From a virus: a stretch of 64,000 nucleotides of DNA. Under the pieces are notes generated by a model. The model searched no databases. It saw nothing but the letters and a program-made list of their open reading frames with translations, and had not been told where the DNA came from. Below, piece after piece: positions 32,679-47,051 of the stretch. Position numbers and translations under genes: made by a program. The stretch's first letter is position 1; each line of letters begins with the position of its first letter. The stretch lies in the IMG/VR virus record IMGVR_UViG_3300025030_000046, positions 32,001 through 96,000 of that record; one strand, given 5' to 3'.

Positions 32679-33320
32679 ATGACTAATAAATATGATAGAA
32701 TAAAAATATCTCGTGAGAAAAAAGGATTGGAACAAGGAGAACTAGCTAAACTAGTTGGTAAATCACAAAGTATGGTATCTCTTTATGAAAAAGATCCTAG
32801 AAAAACTCCTGTGGATGTTTTGGAAAAACTTTCGGAAATATTTAACACAACAGTTGATTATTTAATAGGACTCACCAATATTGAACAAAAGCCTGATAAT
32901 TTGATTGAAATGAACGATGTAACAAAAGTACCCATACTTGGTACAATTCGTGCAGGAAGCCCTATTTTCGCACAGGAGAATGTAGAGGAGTATTTGCCTA
33001 TACCTATCGGATCAGTTAATCAAAAAGATAGTTTTGCTCTAAAGGTTACTGGAGACAGTATGATAGATGCTGGAATACAACATGGAGACACTTTATTAGT
33101 AAAGAAACAAGAGTGGCTTGATGCTGACGGAGACATAATGGTGGTTCTAGTAAATAATGACAGTGAAGCTACTGTAAAGAGAATGTTTAAAGATAAGGAT
33201 GGCATAATACTACAAGCAGCCAACAAAAATTATAAACCTATTGTTATAAATAAAAAAGACTTAGACTATGTTAAAATACTTGGCAAGGTTATAAAAATAC
33301 TTCTTCGGGACATAAAGTAA
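32679..33320 (+). CDS. CI/LexA-like repressor (XRE HTH + S24 autopeptidase)
   Basis: HTH N-terminus; IRAG cleavage site; VTGDSM catalytic Ser; ATVKR catalytic Lys. Confidence 0.93.
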   Translation: MTNKYDRIKISREKKGLEQGELAKLVGKSQSMVSLYEKDPRKTPVDVLEKLSEIFNTTVDYLIGLTNIEQKPDNLIEMNDVTKVPILGTIRAGSPIFAQENVEEYLPIPIGSVNQKDSFALKVTGDSMIDAGIQHGDTLLVKKQEWLDADGDIMVVLVNNDSEATVKRMFKDKDGIILQAANKNYKPIVINKKDLDYVKILGKVIKILLRDIK

Positions 33321-33342
33321 AAAGATGCATATGCATCTTTTT
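33319..33342. terminator. Bidirectional terminator between convergent repressor genes
   Basis: Perfect palindrome AAAAAGATGCAT-ATGCATCTTTTT. Confidence 0.75.
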
Positions 33343-34284
33343 TTATATATAATCCTCTATGTCTTTTCTTGTTTGATATTGATATTTTATATCTTTTCCG
33401 AATCTTTCATTTATTTTTTCGTATTCTTCTTTTTCTAAATCTCTGCCTAATTCAGCTTTTAATTCTTTCGCCAGCTGTATCATACCACTCATCCATATAT
33501 TTCGAGGGTTCAGATGAGGATTTTTATATTCTTCAGCTATTCTTTTTACCCTGCTATTTATTACTATATGGTTGAGTTTACCATTGTTATCGCCATGCAT
33601 CGCAGGTCTTAAAACATATTCTGTGTCGTGTATAGGCATATATTCACGTCTGCTAGATGTCCCCTTGCCGTTATTGGGATAATACAAATCTTTAACTATT
33701 GCGTCTTTTATAATTTCGATAGTTCTATATTTGACTTCTAGTATGCGTTCTGTACCATCATCTCTCGTTAATATTAATAAATTTCCTTCTACATCTGTTT
33801 TCTTCAAATTTACCAATTCTTCAAAATGTACCCCACTAACTCCTTCAAATAAAAGTGCTATTATAACTTTATCTTGTGGATTTTTACAAATATTTAATAT
33901 TTTATTTAATTCTTCTTCATCTTTTATAAATCTTTTTCTTTTTGCTATTTGATTTACATACCTATCCATATTTTGAGAATTATACTTGTCAAATAAATTA
34001 ATCTTTGTTTCTAAATATCCATGCTGTATACAGAACGCAACATATTTTTTTAAATAACTACTCTGAGATCTTGCTGAATTTGTAGAACCTAATTCCAATT
34101 GATTCATTAGCATCGCCACTTCATCATTGTTGAATTGATAAACGTCTTTATTTAATTGGACTTCCATACTGTTAGTTTTTTGAAATAAATAGCTAACCAT
34201 CTTCTGCGTACTTTTTGCATATTTTAATGTAATAAATCTTTCTTTTAATTCTTTGTTGTACATTGGCTTTTCTTTAATTTTCAT
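33343..34284 (-). CDS. Integrase-fold protein lacking catalytic residues, MrpR/YopR-like phage repressor
   Basis: MYNKELKERFI start; LLFEGVSG (no catalytic Arg), PRNIWMSG (no HxxR). Confidence 0.75.
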   Translation of the reverse strand: MKIKEKPMYNKELKERFITLKYAKSTQKMVSYLFQKTNSMEVQLNKDVYQFNNDEVAMLMNQLELGSTNSARSQSSYLKKYVAFCIQHGYLETKINLFDKYNSQNMDRYVNQIAKRKRFIKDEEELNKILNICKNPQDKVIIALLFEGVSGVHFEELVNLKKTDVEGNLLILTRDDGTERILEVKYRTIEIIKDAIVKDLYYPNNGKGTSSRREYMPIHDTEYVLRPAMHGDNNGKLNHIVINSRVKRIAEEYKNPHLNPRNIWMSGMIQLAKELKAELGRDLEKEEYEKINERFGKDIKYQYQTRKDIEDYI

Positions 34285-34298
34285 TATATTTACCTCCA

Positions 34299-35600
34299 TT
34301 ATATTGCTTTAAAAAACTCAGATATATTTTTAATATCTTTTGGTTTTAATTCTTTTTTAGTAATTCCTATTTCTTTTAATATTTCTGCCTCTATATTTTC
34401 AATCTCTTCTATTTTAGTTTTTAATATATCTCTCCAGTTTGAATCTTCTTGAATTTTAGCAAATAGAGCTATATATCCTATAAACATATTTTGCTTATTT
34501 ATCATGCTTGTGTCCTGAACTTTTTTTATATTATCCCTAAAAGCATCTGGCTTTAAGTATATTAAGTAATCAAAGCATTTATTTAACCAGTCAGCTACGA
34601 TTAGCGCTTCTGCTCTACCAGAATATTTAAAGTTACCTTTTATCGCTTTACTGATTATTTGATTCTCTACTAAGGCTCTCCCTGTATCTATCAATATTTT
34701 ATCTAATACAATCTTGCCCTTCATATCACTGTTTTCATTGATATTTTTAATTATTTCATTCTCAAGTGAGTCTGGATTCATATCTTCCTTATCTGAGTCA
34801 GACATATCATTGCGCTTAAATGATTGGTATATTAATTTTTTCGCCTTCTTTTTGTTATATCTAGTAATATTAACACCAAATTTATATTTTAAGTTTGGAT
34901 TAATTTCTAAGGCAGTTAATATACCTAATGATCTATGATACCCATCTATAATATTCAGTTTTCCAGATATTATTTTTAAAGTTTTGCTCTTATCGTTATA
35001 TTTCCAATCATCTGTTCCGTCTACTAATAAATTAATTGATATATTATCATTTGCTATAAATGTACCATTTAACAGCTCTTCACTTATCTCTTTCAATGAC
35101 CTAGGGTTAGGTCTAATTTCTTCAAAAATCAATCCATTTTTCTCAACTTGATGCATCTTTCTTTGCGTTTCAGGATTATATATTATAACCATGCGGTTAT
35201 ATAGCTCCGCAATTTCTTGCACTGTAAGTTTCACATGATAGTGATCGTTATTCATCTCTTCAGCATCTTTAAAAACTATTGGATATTTTTCTACTTCGTC
35301 TAATTTTTCATAATAATCTGCTGCTTCTGATTTTTCTGAATCCAAAAAGTAATCATCTGGATTTATATTTTTTTCTTCAGTAGCAACATACATAGCATCC
35401 GTAAAATGATATAATAATTTGGATTTGAGAACGCCAAGTGGAGTATTGTTATTTAATATACCTCTTGTATTACCTTCAATTACTCTTTCTTTTAAAAACT
35501 CTACCACTTTAACCTTAACATCTTCATTCCTATTGTATTTTTCAATGATGTAATATAATTCTCTCTCTAGTTCGTATCTTTCTTTTTTCATCTTGGTCAC
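34299..35600 (-). CDS. DGQHR/DndB-ParB-like protein (YopQ-like)
   Basis: YNPETQR...LNIIDGYHR motif; directly upstream of MrpR-like gene. Confidence 0.7.
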   Translation of the reverse strand: MTKMKKERYELERELYYIIEKYNRNEDVKVKVVEFLKERVIEGNTRGILNNNTPLGVLKSKLLYHFTDAMYVATEEKNINPDDYFLDSEKSEAADYYEKLDEVEKYPIVFKDAEEMNNDHYHVKLTVQEIAELYNRMVIIYNPETQRKMHQVEKNGLIFEEIRPNPRSLKEISEELLNGTFIANDNISINLLVDGTDDWKYNDKSKTLKIISGKLNIIDGYHRSLGILTALEINPNLKYKFGVNITRYNKKKAKKLIYQSFKRNDMSDSDKEDMNPDSLENEIIKNINENSDMKGKIVLDKILIDTGRALVENQIISKAIKGNFKYSGRAEALIVADWLNKCFDYLIYLKPDAFRDNIKKVQDTSMINKQNMFIGYIALFAKIQEDSNWRDILKTKIEEIENIEAEILKEIGITKKELKPKDIKNISEFFKAI

Positions 35601-35862
35601 TCCCTAATTTAAATTTTATATTTTTACTTTACTAATTTATCATATTATACACAATTTGTCAACAACTTATGCCTGCTAATTTTATATTTTTTATTTATAT
35701 TAATTTATAATATGTAATTCGACTCTGTCATATGCGAAATCATCGTGTTTTATTTATACTTTTCATATTTATATATTACCATGATATTATATATTTTGTC
35801 AATAATTTTATACCAAGTTTTATATTTAATATTATTGAACAAAAAAAATACTTGCAAATGGA

Positions 35863-38800
35863 TTAACCATCTACAAGCACATCTTCGTCTGTAAAATAAG
35901 GTTCTATTGTAATAGTGATTTCATTTACCTCAAAATCTTCATGCTCAATCATTTCTGGATGCTTTTCTTTCACGATGTTTACCGCATCAATTCTATCTTT
36001 CGCTGAAAGCACTAAGATATTAAATCTTGTTCTTTTGAAAGATACTACATATTTCAACTATTTATCACGCCCTCTCTATTTAATATGTTTTCTCTGATAA
36101 AATCAATAAAATTTTCCTTTGATTGTTTTGGATCGGTAGGATTAATAATCTCACATAGCTCGTACCAAATTATAGGCTGCATTTCATTTAATCCTGATGC
36201 AAATTTAATTAAATTGTTTTTAGCCTCAGTGGTTTTAATAGGGTTTAATTTTGGTATCATATCCCACCATGAAAAATGTAGCTTTTGTGAATTGTCTAGC
36301 GTGGATTGTATTGTGTTGATTGTTGTGTTTAATTGCTGCATAAATAACCTCCAAAACATTATTAATATAGGTTAATTATATTTCATAACCAGTCGCATTA
36401 AGTAGAATTTTGGCTAAATGGTTCGTTTTTGATTACATAAATCTTTAAAATTGTCGTTCACATCAAAAATCGTGCAACATGCAACAATTGTAATATATTA
36501 AGTAATGTCATAAATTGTCGAATGTATGAACTTCATTATTTGATGCATTATTTTATTTTTTAGTTAATTATATTATATTTTAATCAAACTGCTAATAAAC
36601 CACCATGTAATTTTGCATCTGCCATTTTCTTTTCTAACACTTTAACATAATTGACACCTTTATTTATCCGTCTGTGTAGAGCATTTCCCACGTAAGGTTG
36701 CGTTAATAATAGTTCGCTATTATCTTTTATGAAAGCCGTCAACTGATTCAAAATTGCTACCTCTTGTTGCCATCTACTATTTACAAATTCTAATTTAGTC
36801 ATTTATTTGCACCTCATTTTGTATTATATTTTAGTTTATAAACTCATTGAAATTGTTATTTTATTGCCACTTTATTTTTTGACCACATTTAAAACAGTAA
36901 ACATGTTGGTCTGAAATCAATCTTTCTCCACAATTACAATAACCTATTTTAGCATTTGGAATATATTCATCTGCTATATTTATTGTTTTGGATATCTGTT
37001 TATTTAATGCATCTATAGCAATTTCAATATGCTCAGCCGTACCATAATACCCCATATGCTCATCAATATTTCGTCTATCACTTTCTAATCTTTTTATTGT
37101 GTCTTCTATACTTTTAATATGCTTTAAATTACTCATGAAAATTCCTCCCATTTATATAAAATCTATTTTTTGTTACAATGGTTTAATTTTGTTTATTATT
37201 TTTCTTGCTTCAGGCTTCATGGAGTAATTACAAACTCCTCTCTCTGTTAATGCCCTAAGTTTACAGTTATTTTCTTTTTTACAGGTATAGCACGCTTTCT
37301 TTTGAGTATCTATTTGTATTCTATAAATATCCGTCATTTATTTCCTCCTTCTGAAACCCGTAACCCTTGCTGTTACTGGTCTACAAATACGACAAAATAC
37401 TGGTTTATTTAATCTCATCTTCTTTAATTTTTTCATTGTTTCTCCATGTTTCTATAATAATCTTATTACAATAGCTAAAATCAGATACTTTAAAACTATA
37501 AGCCTTTTCTTTATCTGTTCCAACCCATTCATTATTACTTTCATTATACAAACAAGCAACAACAATATAAATTATCATTTGCACCACTCCTTACGTTAAA
37601 ATGTTGATTTTATAATATTATTCATAAGTTGACCAAAAAGTTGTTTTAACATTATTAAAGCTTACGTCAATCATATATCTTTGCTTAAAATAATTTATTA
37701 TAAGATCATGGAATTCTTCTGTTGGGTTAATAATAAAACTTTCTATAAATCTTCTAGAAGATAATGTAATGTCTACTATATTTTCATTTTCTCTCTTTGA
37801 TAATATAATTATTGAGTTACAGATTTCCATATGTTCGTTAAATTTGTCTATCATTTCTATAGTTATTTCTTTTTGCATATTAACAACTCCTTTCAATAAA
37901 TCGTTAGTTTCATTTAATTTATTTATAAAATTCAAATCCCTTTTCTTTACAATAATCTTCAACCCATTTCGGAATTTCCCATATCTGTTCATCAAAATTA
38001 AGACGCTCAACTGAATATTTTTCAATTAAATATCCACATTTCCTACATGCTTCTGCTTTCCAATGGCAACCACCCTCAAAAACATCCACTTCTTCAGAAT
38101 CATGATTACAATCATCTGGAATATCAAAATCATTATTATCCCAATGCTTTGCAACTTCTTCAAAAGATTTCCTAAGTTTAGGAATAAAAATATCAGAACA
38201 TGCATTAAATTTTAGATGCATTATAGTCCCATCATTAAATTTTACTAGACCATTAAAATTTGCCATATCATTCACCTCTCTTAATAAATATCCCAATTTA
38301 TTGCAATTCTTCAATATGTTCTTTTATCCAACTTAAAAACAAATCATAATCTCTTTCATTTATATAGTCATTATCTATTGCCATATTTACCCACCATTCA
38401 GGGACATCTGTTATAAGTATATCTGAAAAGTTCTTTTTAATTTCTTCTATTACTAATCTAAAACTATGAATCATTTTAATCACCTCTTTAATCAATTTTA
38501 CCATACACTTATTTACAATAGAATAGATTTTTTAATCAAACTTTTCTAAATAACTCAATCTATTTTTCAACCATTTTTCATATGCTGTTATTGCATAATT
38601 TAGTGCCTTGCTAATATCTTTAAATTGTTTTGTTTCAATCTCAAGACTCTTTTCACTATCGTCATCAGGATATACTACCCAATAATTATCTTTATTGGAT
38701 TCTGTGTAATTATTAAACCAAAAACCATCTTCATTTCTTGTTATAGTTATTGGCAAATCCCAAGCAATTTCAGTATGAATATATCCTTTAGGATAATTAC

Positions 38801-41800
38801 GTATATTTACCACACATATATTATTTTTTGAATTTATACAATCAATTTCTTCCTGCGTTAATGGTTTTTGCTTATCATAATTCACAACCCTCACCCCTTT
38901 TTCTATTATCTGTTATACCATAAAACACATCTTTCATCTTCTTTCTGGACAATACCACAATGGATTAATTTGTTTTTTACATCTCGGATTATCACAATCT
39001 TCGCAAGGACTAAAACAACTTGTTTTTGCCATAAATTTTAAACTATTTCTAGCTTCTTGAAAATTAATACCATTGATAAATACTCCGTCTTTTAAAGCTA
39101 ATTTTGTTTCTTTGTTTAACTTTTTCTGATATTTGTTCATTAGTTATCACTTCCTAATTTATATTTTCTTTAAAACAAGTCTTTCATTTGGTCTTATCTT
39201 TTAGGTATGCTGTTATTTCATCTTCCAATTCAAAATATGTTATTCCGTAAATGTTTGCCTCTCCTTCATGTCCATCTCTTTCCTCGTCTGGAATATTAAT
39301 GTTATGTTTTTCTAATAAGTCCTCAAACATATCAATAATATCAATTGCCATTTGTCTGATTTTATCATCCATTTTAAATTCCTCCTAATTATATTTTAGT
39401 TTTGTTATATCATAAAACAGTTCTTTCGTTGAATTATTTGTGCCAAATATTATTGATACATGTATCATCTTTGCACTCGTAGCATTTTACACACGCTCTT
39501 GCTCTTTCTAATTTAACCTGCAAATCCATCTTGTCATTCTCGACCTGTTGAAGACGCTTACTTAGATTAAACAATGTGTTTGATAACTCAATATTCTGAT
39601 TTTGAAAATATTGCCTACTCCTTATTAAAGCATCTTTTGAAACATCTTGAAATATTTTAACATTCTCTTTACTCATACTTTCCCAATCTGCATGTTGACA
39701 TCTATACTCTTCTGCCAATTCTAAAGCTTTATTATATTCTTCTTGCTTATTTTTAATATCTCTATTCCATCCTGCACTAATAAAAATAAGCTCATCATCT
39801 TGTTTATCAATCATTGCTAATTGAGATAATAGTCTTGCTTCTTCGATAGTGTCTATACCGCTATATAATATTGCTCTTTCTTGTTTATCAAAATTTATAC
39901 TGAATATCGAATGTCCCACTGTTATACCTCCTCATTATATTTTATATACCTTCTCTTAATTGAATTCTTCCATTAACCTCTTCGTAATTAATGCTGCAAT
40001 TTTCACAAATACAGTGATACGCATCTTTAAATACTACCTCTGGATATTCATCTTCAAAACATTCTCTGTCACAATCTTGACATTTCATATAATTTTCTCC
40101 TCCTGTATTATTATATTTTTGGTTAAAAATAACCTTTTATTTAATCCATAGTTGATTTACAAACGGTATATAAATCTTATGATTATATGGCTTTCCAAAA
40201 ATCCAAATTCCCACCCTATGAAGCTTACCTTTCTTATCATACCTATAATATACCCCCAATTTGAAGGTTTTCTAATTTTATATTTCACTTTATCCTCCAA
40301 TCTTTTAACCAATCAAACCTTTTATTCACTTTCTATTTTTTTAATAGTAGTATCTATTAAATCTCTTAGACTTTCTAACCATCCTGCATCAAAATGAACT
40401 GTTTCATCACTAGATAATTGCTCATCATCTTCGTGCCATAATTCTATTAATGGACTACTGTTTTTTCTAGGTATAATTTTAAATGCATGAACACCATTGA
40501 TATAAATAATATTTTCTTCTTTCCAAAGTCTTTCTTTTCCTTCTTCTGTATAAATACTACCTTCCATATCTCCGTAATAAATACTAGCCATTATAAAACC
40601 TCCTCTGTTATCTAATGAAATAAACTTTTTATATTAATCTACTGAATCAAAGTAAGACAATAACCATTCATCAAAATCTTGGTTTTCTATTTCTGATTCT
40701 TCCTCCACATTCCCTATGTGAGTTTCAATATGTTGTTTGAGCAATTTCAATCTATTCTCAATTAATTCTCCGCAAATTTGGCATTTTAAAACATCTTCTG
40801 TTATCTTAACTTCATTATCTTCAAAATCTATATAGTGATCCGCTTCATTTTCACACCCCTCAACTCCACAAATTCCATTCCCTGCATCCTCTTCGAGATA
40901 TTTAGTATCAATATTATGCTTTTCTGTACAGCATTTACAAATTTGTGACCACATCTTCAATCCGTTGTCATGGTCTGTTATATCATCAAATACAATACCC
41001 TTAAATTTCAATACCTGTGCCATATCAATGACCTCCTGTTATATTATATTTTACTTAATGCCTATTTAAATATTTGTTCCAGAAGCATAATTCCATCAAG
41101 TAATAACTAGCTGCTGTTATAAGTGATCCTGTTATAAGTCCTAGAAGAAACATTTAAATCACTCATGCTTTATAAAATTTATCATCATTAACTGATCATT
41201 CCAACAACTTACTTAATATTCTTTCTATACTATCTATTAATTAATCACCTCGTCACAAATACCATATATTAATTGTGACCAAAAACCTGTTATATTTTCA
41301 ACCAAATAAGTTTTTTATTGTAATTCCTTAAACTTCAAGTATTCCTAATATACAAGCTACATTTCTTATTTCGTCTGTTCTAATACTGCTCTCTATTAAT
41401 TCTTCTCTGGTCGCATCTGTTTTAAATATAATTTCCGCATCGATTTTTTCGATTCTTTCTTTTAAGATTTTAATAACATCGGCTTTTCTCATTTTGTATC
41501 ACTCCTTTTATAATTTAGTTTTAATTTCTTTTCTTAATCGTTCTACTTCTCCAGCCCAATATGATATACTATGAAAGTCAACAGAACCATTTTCATTTTC
41601 TAATAAAAATCTTACTGCAACTTTCGAATATTCTAACTTTTTAATTAAATCAATCATAATATTTATTCCTCCATTATTTTATATTTTCAATATAAAACTA
41701 ATATTTGAATTTAATCAGCGATCTGTAATGATAAAATTATGCTAGCGAAACTTTGTATTGTCTTTACTCTCTGCATATTTGCAATTTCTTTATATATTTT

Positions 41801-44800
41801 ATTTTTATGTTTATAAGATATGTTCCATTTGTCACTCATGTTTACACCTCCCTGTTATATTAGTTTTTGTTCTTTTAAGTTATCATAAATCGTTTTATAT
41901 TCTTCTTCTGTTAAATTCAATTGTTCACTGATTGTTTCTTCGGTATAGCCATCATTAACCATTTGCATAAAATCATATTCATTCTTCATTAATATCATTC
42001 TAATGCCTCCCGTTATACCTTGAAATGCTTCTTTTATTAAAATCCATCCTGCTTAACTTTTTTATTAACTGCAATCATTACCAAATTATCGACTTCTTTT
42101 AAAAGCAAATCAAGCTTTTCGCCATTCTCTGGAGTAATTGTTTCTACTAACTCTCTCACTCCTCTTTTAGCTATTATAAAATCATCCTCTATTCTTCCTA
42201 TTTTCATTTTGTTGCTCCTTTTATAATATCAATTGTTTCCTTTTGCTCTTCTCGTGTTATGCCATTTAAAGCCTCAATTTCAATTTTATTATCTACAACT
42301 TTTAATTTCATCATTGCAATTAACTTTTCACCATTGAAAAAATCAACTCTTGCCCACGTATCAAATTTAGTAATTTGAATTGACTCCATAATAATTCGCC
42401 TCCTGTTATAAGTTAAAATACTTTTTTCATTCAATAATACATTCTTCTAATGTAATCCACGATGTTTTATCTGAATGATATCCTGCTATGTGTTTAATAA
42501 CACTATCTGTTATTTCTTCTTCGTGATATATTTCAGTATCCCAGATTGAAAAATGTGTTCCATATCCTCCAAAAACTATTACAATATTTTCATGTATTTC
42601 CATGCATGAACAACCAAAAACAAATGTGCTGCTTTTAATTTTGAAATTATCCCCTTCTTCCATCTGAATAATTTCATTCAATAAATCTTCCCTCGTCATT
42701 TTATTCTTATCCTTTCACTTAATCAAATTCTAAATTTCTTTGTATCAATTCAATTTCTTCGATATACTCATAAGGAATATTTATCCGATTTTTCCCATCA
42801 TCTAGCCAAATTTCATCAGGTGTTGGGTCAATAGCCACTTCTTTATATGATTTTTTGTAATCTGTCCCATCTGTTTTAATATTTACTATATCCCCTTCCA
42901 TTAAGAATAGTATTTCTCCATTTTGAATTATTGCAACGGCTTCCTGTTGATATGTATTTTTATTAATATTTTTCATCTTTTTATCCTCCTATTTAATTAA
43001 AATTCTAATTCTATTGTTTAATTTCTAATATTATTCCTATGACTGTTACACCATTTTCAAAATGTGCATAAGCTATACCGTCACTATCTTGCGTTATCCT
43101 CACAACGTCTTCAAATATTCTATTACCTGTAAAAATTACTGTCATATTTTTGTACTCCTGTTATACAATTTACTCAAATCTTTGCTTGATATTATTAATT
43201 ATGTCACCTAATTCGCTAACTGTTATGTCTTCCTTTTCCTGCTCCATATCCCTGCTTATATCAATGAAATTTAATACCTTTTCAAACTCTACCGCTTCAA
43301 GTTCTTTTACTGCTATTTTCGCCAGTTCTGTATTTGATACTATCATTTTTATTCGCCTCCATTTATACAATTTTACTCAAAATACGGATTTTATTTGTTT
43401 ATTGAAATATTATAACCTTGTTTTGTTATGTCGGAAATTAATTCTTTAACTTTTACGCTTAAAATTTGCTCAATTGCTCTTTGCATATGATTAATAAAAA
43501 ATTCTAGTGGATTTTCTGAATTAAATAATCTTTCTTGTGTTAAAGGAAGTTCAAAGTATTCTAACATTCTATCTTTTATTTCATATGAGTATACTATAAT
43601 TCCGTTAAATTCTCTTTCTTCTCCGTCAAGTTCCCAGCTTATTAACTTATTAATATCATAGTTGTTATTATCACTAAAAAGTATGTCTAATTCGGGATAT
43701 TTTAAAATCAATCTACTACAATCATTAGTGTTATACAAGAATAAATCTTCTTTAAACAACTTAAAATTTTCATCTTCTACTATTTTATCAATGTAACTGT
43801 TAATTTCATCTTCGGAGAATTTCTTTGTACAATGCAATATATCTCCTATCATTTCAGGTACTAAAAATTTTATCATTTTTTTTATTCCTCCTTAAATTTT
43901 GTCCAAATGCTGATTTTAATTGAATCCCGATATATCCCTGTTATATAAATTCTACAACTTCTTCCATATAATATCCATCTGCAATTAATTCGCCATCATT
44001 ATAAGTCACTAAGCTGTTATATTGATTTCTAGGCGTTCCGTCACTATTTCTTATATTAATAAGATTATAATATTTTCCGTCAATCCATTTTCCATGCGCT
44101 CCACTGTTGCGATCACTTTGGTTTAATGGTATATTCGTTAACTTAATTTCATTCTCTTTTTTCTGTATTCTTTGTATATCTTTTACATCATAACCTTTAT
44201 TAATTGAGTTAATCCAAACTATTCCACCATCAATTAATTCTGCTCCTGTTGAAGCTTTACCTGCTTGATAAGCCCTATTTACGGCAGACATTACAAGACC
44301 ATACTCTCTACCTGTTAAACAATCCACTAATTCTTTACCAACTAATTTTTTAATGTGCGACATTGTTTCTATGCCTTTGTGACCGTCGAAATTAGCCAAT
44401 ATTCTATCTTCTTTTGTGCCCTTCCTGCTGCTCTTGTTATCTGTTATAGGATTATTTGCACAATCTAAACCATAATTTACAAGCGAACACGTTGAGCAAT
44501 CGTTATTATTTTGTGTACAATATGATTTTTTCATATTCCGCACCTCTTAATATTATTCGGCACTTATTCCCCACCGTTGGTTCAGGTATGCTCTTTTAAT
44601 TGTCATACCTAACAATTTTCTGTCATACCTATATAGTAATCTGTTATAACTTATTATTCAATATATTTTACTTACTTTACCAGTCTACTATTATTATATA
44701 CAATTGTCAATAAATTATTACTATTATTTTATATTTTATTTTATTGTTTTAATATTGCTCTACTAATTGTGCTATATTGATATTTAGTACATCGACAAGT

Positions 44801-46997
44801 CTTAAAGCTATCTCAAACGCTATAGAGTGTCGTTTTTTAAACTGTCTATACTCATATAATGTTATTAGCTTTATACCTGCTTTTTCTGCAATTTCTGGAA
44901 TTTCTAGCCCTGACATATCAATATATTTAACTATATTTTTTCTGATTATTGTAGGATCAGTGTTATTGTAGTCTGTTATGAGTTGTATTAGTTCCTTTTG
45001 GTCTTGTATGCTCATTGTATTTTCTCCTTTCCTTGCGGTATTTTTGACGGTCTGTTATATTAATATCCTGTTGCAAGTCTGAAGTTCTTTCTTTGTATTA
45101 TATTCTGTTCGTAATAATAGTCACTTTCTGTTATCTCATTAATATCATAATTGTTTTCCCTTGCTTCAATTTCTGCAATTATAGAATCTTTTTCCGATTC
45201 TTTACAGTAGTAAAAATCTGCTCCAACACTCCTATTATTGATTTTTGTATTACATTCTAATTCCATGATCTGATAATATTTATTATTTTCCATTTTATCA
45301 CCATCCTAATTCAATAGTATATCTATTGCCTATTAATAAATCCACTGCTTTTTTCTTGCTTCTGTATAGCCTTGCCGTTATACCATTCTTAAACTTTTTA
45401 TATACTGTTAGTTTATAATGTCCATTTACCACTATTTTTTGACCTTCTACAATCGTGTTATAAATATCTTCAGTAAATATTGGAACACTTTGTTCTTTTT
45501 CAATTTGTCTTTGTATCTTTTCTTTTAGTTGTGGATAATCTTTTAATATATTTTCATCAACTATTATATTATTTCTTAATGCTCTTTCTATTTGTTCCTT
45601 ATGAAAACATTCAAATTCTATTTTGTCGCCTTCTCCATGATATGATTGAGTGTTATATTGATTAAATGATTTATAATGATCAATCATAATATCAACCCAT
45701 TCTTGTTTTGTTACTTCGTGTACTTCTTTCCCGCTCTTTTCAAATTCATCTAATAATGACATTTTTATTCCTCCAATACTTTTATATTTCTGTTATAAAT
45801 TTAAATTAAATCATGGTTTTATCGTATTCTACCAAGTTATCTAATAATTTCATTTTTATTAATAATAAAATGATCAACTTCTTCAGGTGTGAAATATTTA
45901 TTCATTTCATTAATTGCATTGTAAATTTCATCCATTGGTAAAAATTCATATTCGCTTAATTTGGCTTCTGATTCTTGGTGAGCCTTACTAAGTTTTAAAT
46001 AGTTTATTAATGCCTTTTCTTTCTCATCCATATTAAAACCTCCATGTATTATATTTTGGTTTGTGTTATACCTTAAAATTGGATTTTTATCTTGTTATGC
46101 TTGTCTTTTTAATACCATTTAGTAAGACTTTCCATATATTGTGGCGTATCAATTCTTTTATCAATTTTCCTAATATCTTTATAATTTTCTACAATTTCAA
46201 AATCATTAAAGTTTTTTAGTACTATTTGTAAATCTATATTGTCAATATGTCTAATTTCAATAACTTTATTTGTGTTAGTATATATAATTGTTGTCATTTT
46301 CAATCCACCTCCTGTTATAGTCTAATATGAAATAGTAGTTTTATTATGATTTCTTTGTCTCAATACAGTTAAAACAATAAGTTTCTTTTCCTGATTTTAT
46401 TTTCCATCCTTGTTCTTTCGCCCATTTAATCATTCTTGCTTTACTTAAATCCATTCCAGTAGTATCTGATAATTGCCGATCACAATTATTGCAGGATATG
46501 TCAATCCACTTTTGTATCATTTTTACGCCTCCTATTTACTAATAACATTTTGAATACGTTCTTTAATTGTTTTTAACCTATGTTGTTCTGTAAATTCTTC
46601 ATTATCAATTATATTAATAACGTCTTTTAATTCTCTTTCTAATTGTTCGATTTTAAAAAGTATTTCATTAATATTTGTCATTTTTTTCCTCCTATATATT
46701 CATATCTTTTTTAATTACATTATTAAAATGTTTCTTTAAATAATTATACATTTTCTTCTGTTCAGCTTTTAGTAAATCAATATCCTTTGTTGTAGCATCT
46801 TCTTTTCCAAATCCTTCAGAGTATATATTATTGTTACAATTATCGTATATTTCTATATAATTATTAATTACTTCTTCTCCTTCTTCTAATTCGGCGTGAT
46901 ATGTTCCATCACCATGCCACAATATTAATATAACTTGAAAATCCTGTATTTTCTTAGTTGCCTCAAGTATTCGCTTTTTAATCTCTAAACTTTGCAT
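35863..46997 (-). other. Array of about 35 small hypothetical ORFs, including an HTH protein at 44749-45015
   Basis: ORF track; GGAGG RBSs; IAEKAGIKLITLYEY HTH-like motif. Confidence 0.65.
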
Positions 46998-47051
46998 ACT
47001 CGCCCGCCCTCCTGTATCAAATAACCATTTTAACGTAATTATTCTATCATT

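Noticed and set aside
34299-35600. Dnd phosphorothioation system
   Set aside because: Only a DGQHR-like domain; no dndA/C/D/E genes present
36516-36522. Spo0A box TGTCGAA in an intergenic region
   Set aside because: Single 7-mer; the same word occurs in coding DNA elsewhere, so not distinguishable from chance
37879-38025. N-terminal extension of ORF 37618-38025, and similar extended starts for ssb, PARP, LigA and integrase
   Set aside because: Overlap upstream genes; downstream ATGs with good RBS are the better starts
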